Assembly: GCA_010093815.1 (NCBI GenBank)
Contig: ML996570.1
Origin: Pseudovirgaria hyperparasitica
Lineage: Eukaryota
Length of the DNA stretch: 64,000 bases
Direction: 5' to 3' (one strand)
Shown piece after piece: positions 40,189 through 52,355 of the stretch (positions are counted from its first letter, which is position 1; each line of letters starts with the position of its first letter). The position numbers and the translations under genes are program-made. The notes below the pieces were generated by a model that saw nothing but the letters and a program-made list of their open reading frames with translations, was not told the origin of the DNA and did not search any database.

Positions 40189-41274
40189 ATGGCTGACACT
40201 ATAGACTCTGCGGTGTCCAAAGACAACCTATTCATTCCGGTGAGGAATCTTGAGAGCTAAGGTTCAAAGCTTGCTAATGAGGAATAGCTCATCGATTTCT
40301 CTCACTTCACATCCGGCACAGCTTCAGAGAAGAAGGCGGCTGCCGACGCCGTGCTGAAAGGCTTCCAGCAAGCAGGCTTCATCTACCTCAAGAACCATAC
40401 AATACCGCTTCCCGATGTCGAGAACGCATTCAACTACTCCGCAAAGTTCTTCGCACGTCCCCAAAGTCAGAAAGACGAGTTGGAATGGTACAGCCCGGAG
40501 GCGAACCGCGGATACGTCCAGCAAGGGCGAGAGAAGGTCACAGACCTTATAGATAAGGAAGACGTTGCAGCATTGAGGGGAGATGTACCAGACCTGAAAG
40601 AGTCGTTGGAGATTGGGAGAGAAGGCGAGGAAAACTGCCCAAACATGTGGCCGGACAAGTTCGATGAAGAAGGCAAGACCTTCAAGGAGTACATGATTGG
40701 CTTCCATGACCAATGCAAACGACTACACGCTCAAGTGATGCGCGCCGTAGCTCTGGGTCTCGGAATCGAAGAAAGCTGGTTTGACAGCTTCACAGACCGT
40801 GGTGACAACACGTTGAGACTGCTACACTACCCAGCTGTGGCCAAGGACGTCTTCAAACGGAGCGATGGGAGGATGCAGGTGCGCGCTGGCGAGCACTCTG
40901 ACTATGGCTCAATCACCCTACTCTTTCAAGACGCGCGCGGGGGCCTCCAGGTCAAGTCGCCACAGAACACATTTGTGGATGCAACTCCCATACCAGGAAC
41001 TATTGTTGTGAATGCTGGAGACCTCCTCGCGAGATGGTCAAACGACACGATAAAGTCCACCAAACATCGGGTCATCGAGCCACCACCAAACCCCGACCAG
41101 GCCACGCCTGGCGATAAGTATCCACCGCGCTACTCGATTGCTTATTTTTGCAATCCAAACTTTGGTCGTACAATCGATGCGATCCCGGGAACATACGCAG
41201 ATGTCAAGGACAAGAAATACGAATCGGTCAACAGCGGGGAATATCTAGTGCAGCGTCTGACGGCGACATATTGA
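40189..41274 (+). CDS. Thymine 7-hydroxylase (thymine dioxygenase), 2OG-Fe(II) oxygenase of the IPNS-like family
   Basis: Intron 40240-40287 adds MADTIDSAVSKDNLFIPLIDFS. HSD...H iron triad and RYS 2OG motif. EANRGY..GREKVT, QVRAGEHSDYGSITLLFQD and YLVQRLTATY closely match my recollection of Neurospora crassa T7H. Confidence 0.85.
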
Positions 41275-42967
41275 CATTCATGCTCTGATGTAACGCACTG
41301 CGCTTGAGATAGAATTCACCAATTACACCAAATCGAACTGCTGCACATGGCCGTTTCCCGGTCGGTGTTCGTTCTGTGACGATGACTGTTGTTCAAAGTA
41401 CCGCTTCCGCTTCAGATTTGTCGATGGTTGAGTGCTATCTCTTAGATTGCATCTGGATGCCCTTCTCGTCATCTAAACCCCTTTCTTCGTTCAAAGTAGT
41501 CACATATCTCACGCATTGCTTGCAGGCCAACGCCATACAGCACAAAGAATCTCTCGCGCCATCACCTGATTTCTACATTAAAAGGCACTCTTTATGATGC
41601 TCCAGGCCAGGGGGGCTTTGATAGATGTGAGGAGCATATCTGATATCCCGTCAATGGAACCCACACCGCACCGCTTGACGAGACTCTCATACTTGGTTTG
41701 CGCGCAACATCTGGTGTATGCTAGACTACAGCTATCATGTCAAACCATCCGCACTAACGCTGCGTGAGAGATTGTCCAGTCGAGTAGAATGGATCCTCCA
41801 GTCCTCTACAAACTTGAGACATAGTGCTGCAACATGTTATATGTGTAAAAACGCGCAAACCAACGATATACAACATCAATTCAAAGATCTCCTTCTGACA
41901 GTAAATTTCAACGGTCCAGCGCATGCTTTAAATATCTCTGGCTTGACACGGATCCAGCATGGCCATCAACCCGTCCAGCTTTGCTACATTATCTTCTCCC
42001 TGCTTCTTATGGTCATCTCGATACTTGGTGAGTTTCTTCTTATTCAGAACCTGGAAATAGAGTGTGCTGGTGCGGTCAACGTCGCACGTGCAGGCCCCCA
42101 GAGTTTGATGTCTTGAAACAAGGGGCGGGTGAGGTTCATGTAGGTCCTAAACTCTAGAGACCGGACGGTGGTTGTTGGCTGCGTCGTTCCGCACGTATCG
42201 TCCATGAGCTTGTCATTTCCCGGGGTTTGTTGCAGACTTTCTTCCACGACGTCCTGAGCGGCATCGTATAACTCGCCGTCCCGCAGGAAGTGTGTCCATG
42301 TTCACCCAAGGAGCTGCCCTCAAAGATATTGGTCATGGCGCCTCTGTGCTTTGGCACGCACTACTCAACTCTCATCTTCAACCGACCAAGCATGATGGTG
42401 AACAACCTCTAGATTAATCAAGGGCTCGGGGATTCCAGACATAGTCTATACACGAACCCGCCGGGCTGGTCCTACGACTCATATCAAAAACCTGGCGAGG
42501 CTTTCTCTTCGATGCAACCCTATTCATGACTTCATGCTAGATATGAATGGGCAGCAGGCTACGGACACCACATCCATCCCGAGAGAGCACCCGAAGAGGC
42601 TTCGAGTCGGCAGGACCAATCAAACTATCTGCACGAAGCAGGAGGTTGGGAAGCGATGGTATAGATGCCATGGCAGGCGTTTGCGTACCAAACTCGTCAA
42701 ACGCGCCCTGTATTACAAGACATTAGGCAGAATTCCCCTGAACTGGATAGCTTTGCGTGCGACTAGATGTAATCATCAACAATGAATCTCATGAAGACAT
42801 ACGACAAAACTTAACTGGCTTTAACCATGAGATTGATAACAAGATGTCCAGTCTCTGCAGCCCCCTGACTTGTTGGAAGCTGCGCGCATTTGCAGACTGC
42901 TATCACATTTCTGTGCTCTAGCAGACGAAGCAGGCTTTCGTAATCATTGTTTTCGTGGCCCTCGTCC

Positions 42968-42993
42968 TGATGATGATGATGATGATGATGATG
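42968..42993. repeat. (TGA)8 microsatellite
   Basis: Direct reading. Confidence 0.9.
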
Positions 42994-45303
42994 CTTTTGG
43001 CACGGGTGGGAACTGATTACCACCTAAGCATACTCGCCTTCAATAAGCGTTTTGGGCGACTTTCCCAGACCAGCTCCACAACATCATCAATCAGAAAGGG
43101 GGGGGGAGGGTTTCGTTATTGAAGAGAATGAGTTAAAGTCAAATCCAGATCTAACTCTACGAAGCCTTGATCAGGCGTCCCCGCACAAGTCGTAGACTCT
43201 GGATTCAATGAATCATACTGACTTTCAGTGTTTGTCAAGGTTTCAGACTGGAAGCCAAGTCCTGAATGCTGCTGCAGCTTGCTAGAGTTCTGGAACCAGG
43301 TTTAGAAAGTAACCCAAGCATGTTGAGCTTCAAGCATCATCTTCTCGGTAGTGTTACGGGCATGGAGCCCCTCGTCGACATGTGCTGTGAACTGCGAATG
43401 AAGTCCCGGGCAATCTCCCAACGTCGTGGAGATCGAAGTCTGGAAGAACGCTCATTTCGTTCAGCTGGTATGGATGTGCGGCATTGGCGACGAGGCGTTA
43501 ATGTAGGCGACCTGTATTTCAGGACTGAAGGTTTTATAGGAGCATTTGTGACATGGTCTTCCTCTAGGGCGCTTCAAGCTACTTCTCCGTCTCCTGGTTG
43601 CAAAGACAGTGTTGCTGTCTTTGCGTTGAGTTTTTCTGTCAACATCTATACGTGGTGCATGAAGTCGCGCGGTGGAGTTTCTCTACTCTCTGGAACATAC
43701 CCAGACCATCAGCCATGATATCCATGAGACGTTGGGAGATGGCCTGGAGTCCGGCTCAAGGGTCACATAACACGTCTCCATTTCGGTCGAGATGGATTAA
43801 TAGTTCTACGTAAGGGAAGAGCAGCGAAGAACTGTGCTTGCGCGCGCTTCGTAACACCGCACAGTCGACGTCTCCCGTGGATGCAGAGAGGACCTTCATG
43901 AAAGCTCAAGTAAACCCTCGAATTCTACACAGTTAGCCAAGCCAAGCTTCCCAGGCTACCCGCTGTCAAGAGATAGAGAATCAAATGTAGCGATCAACAT
44001 ATTGCCTAGATAGTGGAGTTACTTTGTGTCAGTAACATCATGACGAGTACAGCACGACTGGCAATCAATTGAGGCTCTTAGATCCAAGAAATCACAGTCT
44101 TTTATCGAACTCGTGCAGAACCTCCATCTTGAGAATGTGCCACTGACGGAGAACCAAAATCTGGTGATTCCATGCGTACCGTTGATGAACAATCCTTTAA
44201 TATCCTCAGTATCTAAGGTCCTGGCGTACTTCCGTAGGCGGTACTCATACAGTTTAGCAGACAGCGATACTTAGATAGTAGAAGTACATACACACCATAC
44301 GTCACTCGGCGTCTTCTGCACCGGTCGCAGCCCCTTCGAGTGTGACCCCCCTCCCACCATCGGGAGATTCCTACGCAGTCGGTGGCCTGACCTTGCAAAT
44401 TTAAAATCGCGACACAATGAACGCCGACATAGCAGCCCAAGGAGATGTCTTCGAATAGCAGACAGAATAAGGATTACACCTGAATGAAATTGATAGACAT
44501 TATACAGACCGACATCAAGAACCACGAACAAAACATTCACACAGAGTGCGCCACCGCAATAGCAGAGACGTATGGCTGTTCCCGTCCGTCGGCAAACGAC
44601 ATTGACGGTTCGAGCTAAGATTAAAGTTTCGGAGCTAAGCCATAAACCAGGCTCCTTATGCAGATCTAGCTCTAATAGGCTAGTACAAACTCCACAGGTG
44701 CCCCCTTACTAAGTACTTCCCCCCTCTGGCAGCCCTGCCTTGTCTGCCCCGCATACAAATTCCTGATTTGCGTGTCTGCCTTTGGAACGAACACGCTCAA
44801 TCATCTAATTAATTAATTAATTGATTAGGCTCTGCTTTGCACCTAGTTCTCTCTCACCTCACCCCGGCAAAGCGAACATGAAACCATCCTTCGTGTGTGA
44901 TGGCGGTAGACAAGATGATGGAGGACCCTCTACCTGGTATTATGCCACTTGCCAGAACATTGCACTCGGGATCTCAGTATCTCTGCCATACCTCCACACG
45001 GCACAGACAGATTGATATCCACCCAAGACCCAAGTGCGCACACAGGTCTCTGTTCTGGACATAACACAGGGTATACATGAGATCGCAGAAGATCATCACA
45101 CATGGGGAGGGTTTTTTTCATTCTGAACCCGCTGTAATACCAACAAAAGTAGAACTGTCGTGTTTGTCGTCGTCGTCGTCGTCGTCTTCTCCTTCTTGAC
45201 TTTTCTGCGTTTCCATGTGTGTCTGTCTGTCTGTCTGCTAGTGCTCCGCCGGATATTATAAATTAATATATATGTAAAATATATATATGTATATATATAT
45301 ACC

Positions 45304-47123
45304 TCAGTCACACACGACCATCCAGTACCCCAATATACTCCACACCGTCGTCGTGCCAACAAACATGTACCCCATAATATGCGCCGGCCCCAGCATCAGA
45401 CTCGACGCAACATAGCGCCCCGCCACGCCGCCCAACAGGCCGATCCAAAAGACAAAGAACCCGACGTCCCACATCTTCGCGCGCAGCTTCGAGTGGCGCG
45501 ACAGCTCCTTGCTCGAGCGCATGGTGGTGCCCCACGAGTCGTTGAACACGGTCATGAGACTCCAGGCCTGCACGGCGGGGAGGGGCACGTTGTAGAAGAG
45601 GTTTGCGGGGACGCTGTAGAGCCACTCGGCGAGCGAGGGCCGGAGCGGGTTGCGCACGGCGAGGTAGACGAGCGTGAAGGCGAAGCGGAAGAGGTAGTCC
45701 TGGAAGGAGAAGTGGAGGGGGGTGACGCCGGTGAAGAGGTAGACCATTGCGATGACCATGGCGGTCATGCCGGTGAGCTGGCGGCGGAGCGCGGCGAAGA
45801 AGAAGATGGGCGGCTGTTGGAGGTAGATTTCCGGGCGGGAGTAGCTTTCGATGTGGACGGCGCGGGCCCAGCGGACTTGTTGGAGGAGCCAGCGGCGCAT
45901 GTTGATGGGGGATTCGGTGGCGGTGAAGGCGTCGGGGATGAATAGGATTCGCCAGCCTTTTAGGAGCAGGCGGGTGGTGAGATGTCGGTCCTCGTTTACG
46001 ATCATGCTGGATTCGTCTGTCAGTTCTGGTCCTGACTACTGCGCTGGGGTTTTGTGACTTACCGATGTCCGAGGACAGTCTGCTTGTACCACGCCAATAG
46101 CTCCGGGATGATCAGCGCAGTACGGAAGACCGCACACGGTCCGCTCTGGCAGTCGTTTGCCCCAAATGAGCTGGCGAAACATCTGGACAGGTGCAGTTCG
46201 TTGAGATAGACGGAATTGCCAATCTTGGTGATCAACGTGTCATTCCTGTTGTGGATTGAAAGTGCAGTGCTCGCGCCAGCCACCAAGGGATCTCCTGCAA
46301 TTGTCGCTACAGTGCGTGAGATTGTGTTTCGCAAAACGATAGAATCGGAATCGGACGTCCAGAGATACTCGATGCCTAGAGCGTCCGAGATGACCTTTGA
46401 GAAGATGAAGGAGGTGAACATGACACCCTTCTTGTGCATGTGTGGCTGGCTGATACAGAGTCTGGAGATGGCGCCTTCTCCGGTCAGTCGGATGTTCTTC
46501 TCCTCGAGGATACGCTTGGCAATTGTGCAGCATTTGTCCAGGATGTCGTCGTCTGGTGTGTCCTTTGACCGCATTCGGTCCATGGACAGGGCGATTTCAA
46601 CAAGGGGCACTTGAAGGTGGAGTAGTGTCGAGTCCGTCTTGTAGACCTTCGAGAACACATTGACCATCTCCTGGTCCTCATCACCATCGCCATCGACACA
46701 AGCCAGAACGAACCGACAGTTGTCAGCGGTGATGTAGCTCTGCAATGCCTTGGTAAAGATGGCGGGATCCTCCCTATAACCTACAACGGCAGCCAGACAG
46801 TCCAGGTTGCGGTCTGCAGCAAAGCTCTTCTCATATTGTCTATCCGACCTTTTGGCCGACAGCACATGTGTATTATTTTCGTTACGCAGCGCCGTCCGCT
46901 TGCGCTTCCGCGCATTCGACCAGCCACAGTACTCAGCCAGAAAGATGGACAACCCAGTATCGATAGTCCACAAATGATTAGAGACGATAAGAAGGTAGAA
47001 GTAAAGAGACGACGCCAACACGCAGCCCACGAGATTGAACCATTTCCGGGTCACCGGGCTGGCGACCTCCACCCTGGCGGCCTTGCGATCTTCAAACGGC
47101 TTTGGGCGAGCGACATAACCCAT
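45304..47123 (-). CDS. Processive GT2 glycosyltransferase, hyaluronan synthase/NodC-like, multi-pass membrane protein
   Basis: Intron 46007-46062 joins ORFs 46059 and 45304. VVGYRED, CVDGD, HKKGVM, TSDSDS (DxD), CQSGPCAVFR, NEDRHLT, QQVRW, SWGT; two N-terminal and several C-terminal TM helices. Confidence 0.9.
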
Positions 47124-48708
47124 AGTGAACAAAAAAACAAGCGAATGGACGTCACCTCTGTGACAATAGATAAGGGGGGAACGAGCGGACAGCTAACGAA
47201 GCGAAACGTCATTTGGGAACCGCCCACCTTTTGAGCTGATCCATTCTGCCCCCGAGTCTCTCGAAGAACATATGAGCCCAGCAGTCATGCGTTGCAGAAA
47301 TTAGAGATGGCGCTGTCACATCGGATGAGCGAGGTACGGGGTGGTGGCTTGTGCTTAGTTCTTGATAATTGATGCTCTAACGGTGCTTGGACGTTTGGCC
47401 ACATGCGAAATCCCAGTTTAGCCTGCTTCCTGTCCTAGTTATCAGGTCCTAGTCTTTGGCTCGCAACAAGCCGGACAAACCTTAGCACTAACACTTTCGG
47501 CCGATCCTCGTTGGAGATGTCGTTGTACAAGGCATGTTGTGTACTAACCCGAGTATTCAAAGACAATTGCCAGAATTCAGAGTGCTTCTTGACGGCTTCT
47601 TGAAGCTGGCAGGCAAGCCGGCACGCAATGAAAACAAGCACTGTCAGGACAGTCAGGACAGGCCCAAGAGCATCACGTGGCATCAGCAGGCTACTAGCCA
47701 GGAGAAATACGTAAGGATGGGTTGCTTCTTTGGGGCTATTAAGCCGCAGGGCAGACACAGAGGAAGCCAGCCGATTGCCACCGCAAGGAGCAACAAGCCT
47801 GTCCAGGATCTCCAAGTCTGGAGCCGCAGAATTGCAATCATCGCCATCGCCGTCACCATCGTACCAGCATTCATACCTCACGCAGATGAGATCCAATAAT
47901 TCTTACGATCAGTCCACCGAGTCGGTGTAGACACTGTAGAGGCAGAATGACGAGAGTATTGGAGCTTATGCAGGCCATCGTGGGCAGCCAGCAACAAGAG
48001 CAGTCACGGGTGTCGGCGTGATCAGTCAGACAATGAATGGGCAATTTAAGGTGGCCGAGCTGATTGGCTGAGAGTAGGTCCCGGGACATGAGGGATTCAG
48101 GGTTCGAATGATATCGGATGTTTGGGGGAGCTCGAAAATTGGCATGTAGGCCCACCTCTCGTCTAATGTAGTGACTTATTAGTCCGCACGCTTAGTGTGT
48201 GCTTTGCGGCTTGTAGTATGGAAGCGATGAAAGGTTCAAGCACGCTATTGACGAGCGCATTTTACCAACACATAAGAATGGGCAGATGATGATGATGATG
48301 GCGAGACGAGCTGTTGGGTGTTTTGTTTTCCTGTTTAATTAATTTAGACTCTCCAACAGAACGCGAGGGGAGTGCAAAGTTGTCAGTGTGGCTTGACCTT
48401 GACCCGTTCGGATGTCCATGGATCGTCTTATGGCTTAGTCACTGCGCCACGCTCAGGGATCCGATCCTCATGGCGCTGCCGAGCCGGCGCTCCGGGCTGT
48501 ACTTGTTAGGGTTAACTCCATTACTTGGGCCTTTTGTCTCCCTTTTTTTCTGCTGCATCGACGACTTGTAATTGTGATTCTTTGACCTTGTTTGCAACCT
48601 CTTTGATTGCAGGCTGTCATTGCAGGGCAGCGATGCGACAGCGTGCTAGAAGTAGTACTGTATAGACAGAAAGAGATCAGGTGATTCCTTTCGACAACGA
48701 GTGCGCGC

Positions 48709-48711
<3 letters not shown>

Positions 48712-48755
<44 letters not shown>
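48712..48755. repeat. (AG)22 microsatellite ending 36 nt upstream of the acyltransferase ATG
   Basis: Direct reading. Confidence 0.9.
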
Positions 48756-48759
<4 letters not shown>

Positions 48760-48791
48760 CTGGCCTGGATAGCTGTTCTTGCGATCCGAAC

Positions 48792-50274
48792 ATGGCCTTG
48801 TCACCGCCATCGAGTGGTAATGTGAGTGGCGGAAGAGAGGTGTGGCTGGATGGCCTGAGGGGATATGCAGCAGTCATCGTTGCATGGTTCCATCTGACGA
48901 ATGTTTTATTTCCCGTGTGTATACACCCAGCTATCATCGAGAATAACATCAACAACAAGAGAATGCGAGAGAAAGACTGACAGGCTCCAGATGCCATACC
49001 GCTCGTACTGGGCCGACCCGCCCGAGGACAACCGCCACTTCATCCAGCTCCCGCCCTTCCGCATCGTCTTCGCCGGCCAGGCCATGGTCGACATCTTCTT
49101 CGTCGTGTCCGGCTACTCGGTCTCGATCGCGCTCATCCGAGCGCGCAACAGAGACGGCGTCGTAGCCGGCGACTTCTACCGCAGACTCACGTCGGCCGTC
49201 TTCCGGCGCTTCTTCCGCCTCTTCATCCCCGTGCTCGTGCTCGTCACGCTCTCGCACCTGCTCTACTTCCTCAACCTCTACACCTGGATCTTCTCCGCCG
49301 AATGGGGCTTCCCGGGCTGCATACCCTTCACCAGCCCCTGGTCGCATCTCAAATGGTACCTCTCCACCATCGCCTCGTTTGCCTACCTGCAGACCAACCA
49401 GAACCTGACGCTCAACGACCACCTCTGGACCATTCCCGTGGAGATGTGCGGCTCGCTGCGCGTGTATCTCGCCGTGCTCGGCTTCGCGGCTGTGCGTCCG
49501 CGGCTGCGGCCCTGGCTCGTCGCGCTGGTGGGTCTGCGCCTGCTCTGGCTCGGCAACCCGGAATACACGGCCTTTATTGCCGGGCTGACGTACGCCGAGC
49601 TCGACGACGGCAACACGAGCAGGACGATGTCCCACGGCGAGCTGCCACGTGTGACGCGGGCGGCGGAGGAAGAGGAGGAGGAGAGGATGATCCGGCACAC
49701 ACCGCCGAAAACGACAACGACGACGACGACGCTGCGACTCCGGCCCCTCAGACGCGCCATCACGCCCGCAAAATGGGCCATGTTTGCAATCAGCATATAC
49801 CTGCTCTGCCTACCGGTGGAAAACCCGTTCCCGGCGGACTGGGCGTTCCAGCGACACATCCGGCCGCCGTACTGGAAGGACTGGGAGATTGCGATGCGGT
49901 CGTGGCAGACGATTGGGGCAGTACTCTTCATCGGCAGCGTGCGGCAGCTGCCGGTGCTGAAGCGGCCGTTTGAGACGCGGCTGGCGCAGACGCTGGGGTC
50001 GGTGTCGTTTTCGCTGTACCTGCTGCATCAGACGGTGTACCGGACGCTGCTGAACCGGATGTTGGACTGGTGGTCGTGGGTGTTTCTGGGGGACGGGTAT
50101 TGGGAGGTTGGTCCTGAGCTGCGCGGGTATGTGGTTGGGTTGGTGTGTGTGTGGATTCTGAGTGTTGCCGGGCTTATGGCAGTGTTGGCGGTGGGGACGA
50201 GGTATATGACTCGGGCGGTGGACCAGAGGTCGGTTGTGCTGGCGCATCGGATCGAGGAGTGGTGCTGCAGATGA
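48792..50274 (+). CDS. Membrane O-acyltransferase, Acyltransferase-3 family (OafA-like; fungal CHIP3-like)
   Basis: WLDGLRGYAAVIVAWFH in exon 1; intron 48915-48990; IQLPPFR, MVDIFFVVSGY, RRFFRLFIP, HLWTIPVE, LGSVSFSLYLLH, VDQRSV. Confidence 0.9.
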
Positions 50275-50275
50275 G

Positions 50276-50760
50276 TTATTCTTGTGATTTTTGTTGCGTG
50301 CATGTTCTGGTGTTGGGAGGGCGGAGGTTGTCTTGGTGGCGACCTGTGAGGGTTTGCGATAGATATAGACACGGGCAACAGACATGCCATGAATATCAAG
50401 GCACACGAGACGAACCACAAAGTGAATGCACGTACCGGTAAAGAATTCCCGCTCGCAAGTCTCACACCGGAAACCCCGACATCCCCTCCGCATCCCACCC
50501 GACCCCCTCCAACCACCTCCCAAACTCGACATCCACGCCACTCGTGAAGAACGGACATGAGGCAACGTAGACGCGGACTTGGGCTTGGACTTTGGCCTGG
50601 TCAGGGGCGCCGGGTGATAGACGCACAGGTCGGCTCTGTTCCGACGGGTGCATCTGGCGCACGCAGGCACCGCGTGGTCGCACCGGAGCTTGGCCTTTCT
50701 GCAGGGCTCGCAGGCCTGCAGCTTTCCGTTCCGGCGGTACGCGGGCGGCGGCGGTGGCAT
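50276..50760 (-). CDS. Short Zn(II)2Cys6 binuclear cluster protein (~130 aa) or truncated transcription-factor remnant
   Basis: RRNGKLQACEPCRKAKLRCDHAVPACARCTRRNRADLCVY is a complete cluster. A candidate intron 50344-50435 leads to a stop at 50276-50278. No middle homology region follows. Confidence 0.6.
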
Positions 50761-52355
50761 AAGTGGCTGTGTTACGTGGCCATGGCTTGAGTAGGATGGG
50801 TGAGGCGGATGAGAATGGATGTAGTGGTGGTGTGCGGTGTTGCGTATGTCTGGGTGGATCTTGTACGGTGTTTGTAGTGAATGTGAATGCCGTTGCGGAG
50901 TTGGGCATAGTCTCAACTCCGCAAAGCTTGGTCCGCTCGTGTCTTTTTGGTGCTTAATGCTTGGCTTGATAGTTGGTATGCTGACGGTTTGTAGGACTGC
51001 CAAGCATCTTAGCACTTTCCTCACACTGTATCCCGCCATGCCGAACGCCGCATCAAGATACAGACATGCCGTGGGCCAGGCAGCTGCATTGCGCAGTTGG
51101 ATGGTGCGTACAGTTTGTGTGCGGTATTGTGGTGCGTATGCTGACAGGCGTGAGTTAGGCAACCGCATTACGGAGATGGATGTGAATATAAATATATGCA
51201 TGCATGTAGTCGTGCGCGGTGAGAGTGCTGTTGCAGTCCATCTTGACATTGACATCAAAACCAATACCAAGAACAGCAATGCCAGCCCTACCCACCATGC
51301 GTGTCTTTGGCAAGAAGAAGGCCGAGCCTACCTCGCTTGCCCGAGCATCTACATGCACATCCACATCTACAACATCCACGTGCACACTCTCCAAGGCACA
51401 GCATCGAGACCAAGACACAGCAGCAGCAGCACGGTATGAGAAGGAGGTAGCAGGTATGTTATATCAAGTCCAGTCATCGTTCGTGGAATGATATGCTGTG
51501 AGTGTAGGTAGGATAGGACTGATGAAGAGTGGTAGGGCCGGCGAGGGTGAATGCGATGCGACTTGCGATGTGATTGGTGGTGGTGGTGGTGGAGGATAGT
51601 GGATGAAGGAGGTGGAGAGAGTGGATGAAGTGAATGGAGCGAGTCGGTTGATGGATGGAGGGGGTGGATAGAATAGACAGGTGTATATGCAGGTCTTGGA
51701 ATCGTACATATGCTGGAAACCATCATCCATCATCCACGCCCCACCTCCACCTCTCCACATCTCCACAGCAGTAGCATCAGCAGCGAAGAAGGCGGGGAAA
51801 GAGGAGGAGTAGTAGTAGTAATTAGTGCTAGTACAGTACAGTACAGTACAGTAATATTGAATATACAGGCCCTCACTGATAATAATAAAAAAAGAAGCCG
51901 AGAAGAAGTGCCGTGGACGGGCCAGTAATTACGGGCGTACTATATAGCTGATTACCAGGTATAATAGCTGATTACTGCGTATAGCTACTGCCAAGGTGCG
52001 TATAGCTAGGACTGGGGATAATTAGAGCTACTACAGACTGTACGTAGGGTACGAGAACGAGGCACAGCAGCCTGACTCGCTCACTGCGGGCTTGTCTCCA
52101 TCATGGATAAGTACCTGTAGCACCTAATTACCGAGCATATCTGTGCAAAACGACGACGACGGTAGCTAGCTACTAATAAGCTAGTTAGCTATACACGAGA
52201 CGGCATTATAATTGCTGGGTATGTATATAGCAGCAACAGCAGCAGCAGCCTGTGCGATCGCAGCCCTCACAGCCATCTCGACGCCCCTAGTGCCACTACG
52301 ACTACTACTACTATTACTACCACCGCCGCTGCAGCAGCTGCTCAGCACAACAAGC

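Noticed and set aside
42811..43023. Poly-His ORF
   Set aside because: Product of a (TGA)n microsatellite; no other coding support.
49810..51279. 489-aa minus-strand ORF as a single protein
   Set aside because: Only the Zn2Cys6 part from 50760 looks real. The upstream part is low-complexity and the downstream part is the antisense shadow of the GC-rich acyltransferase.
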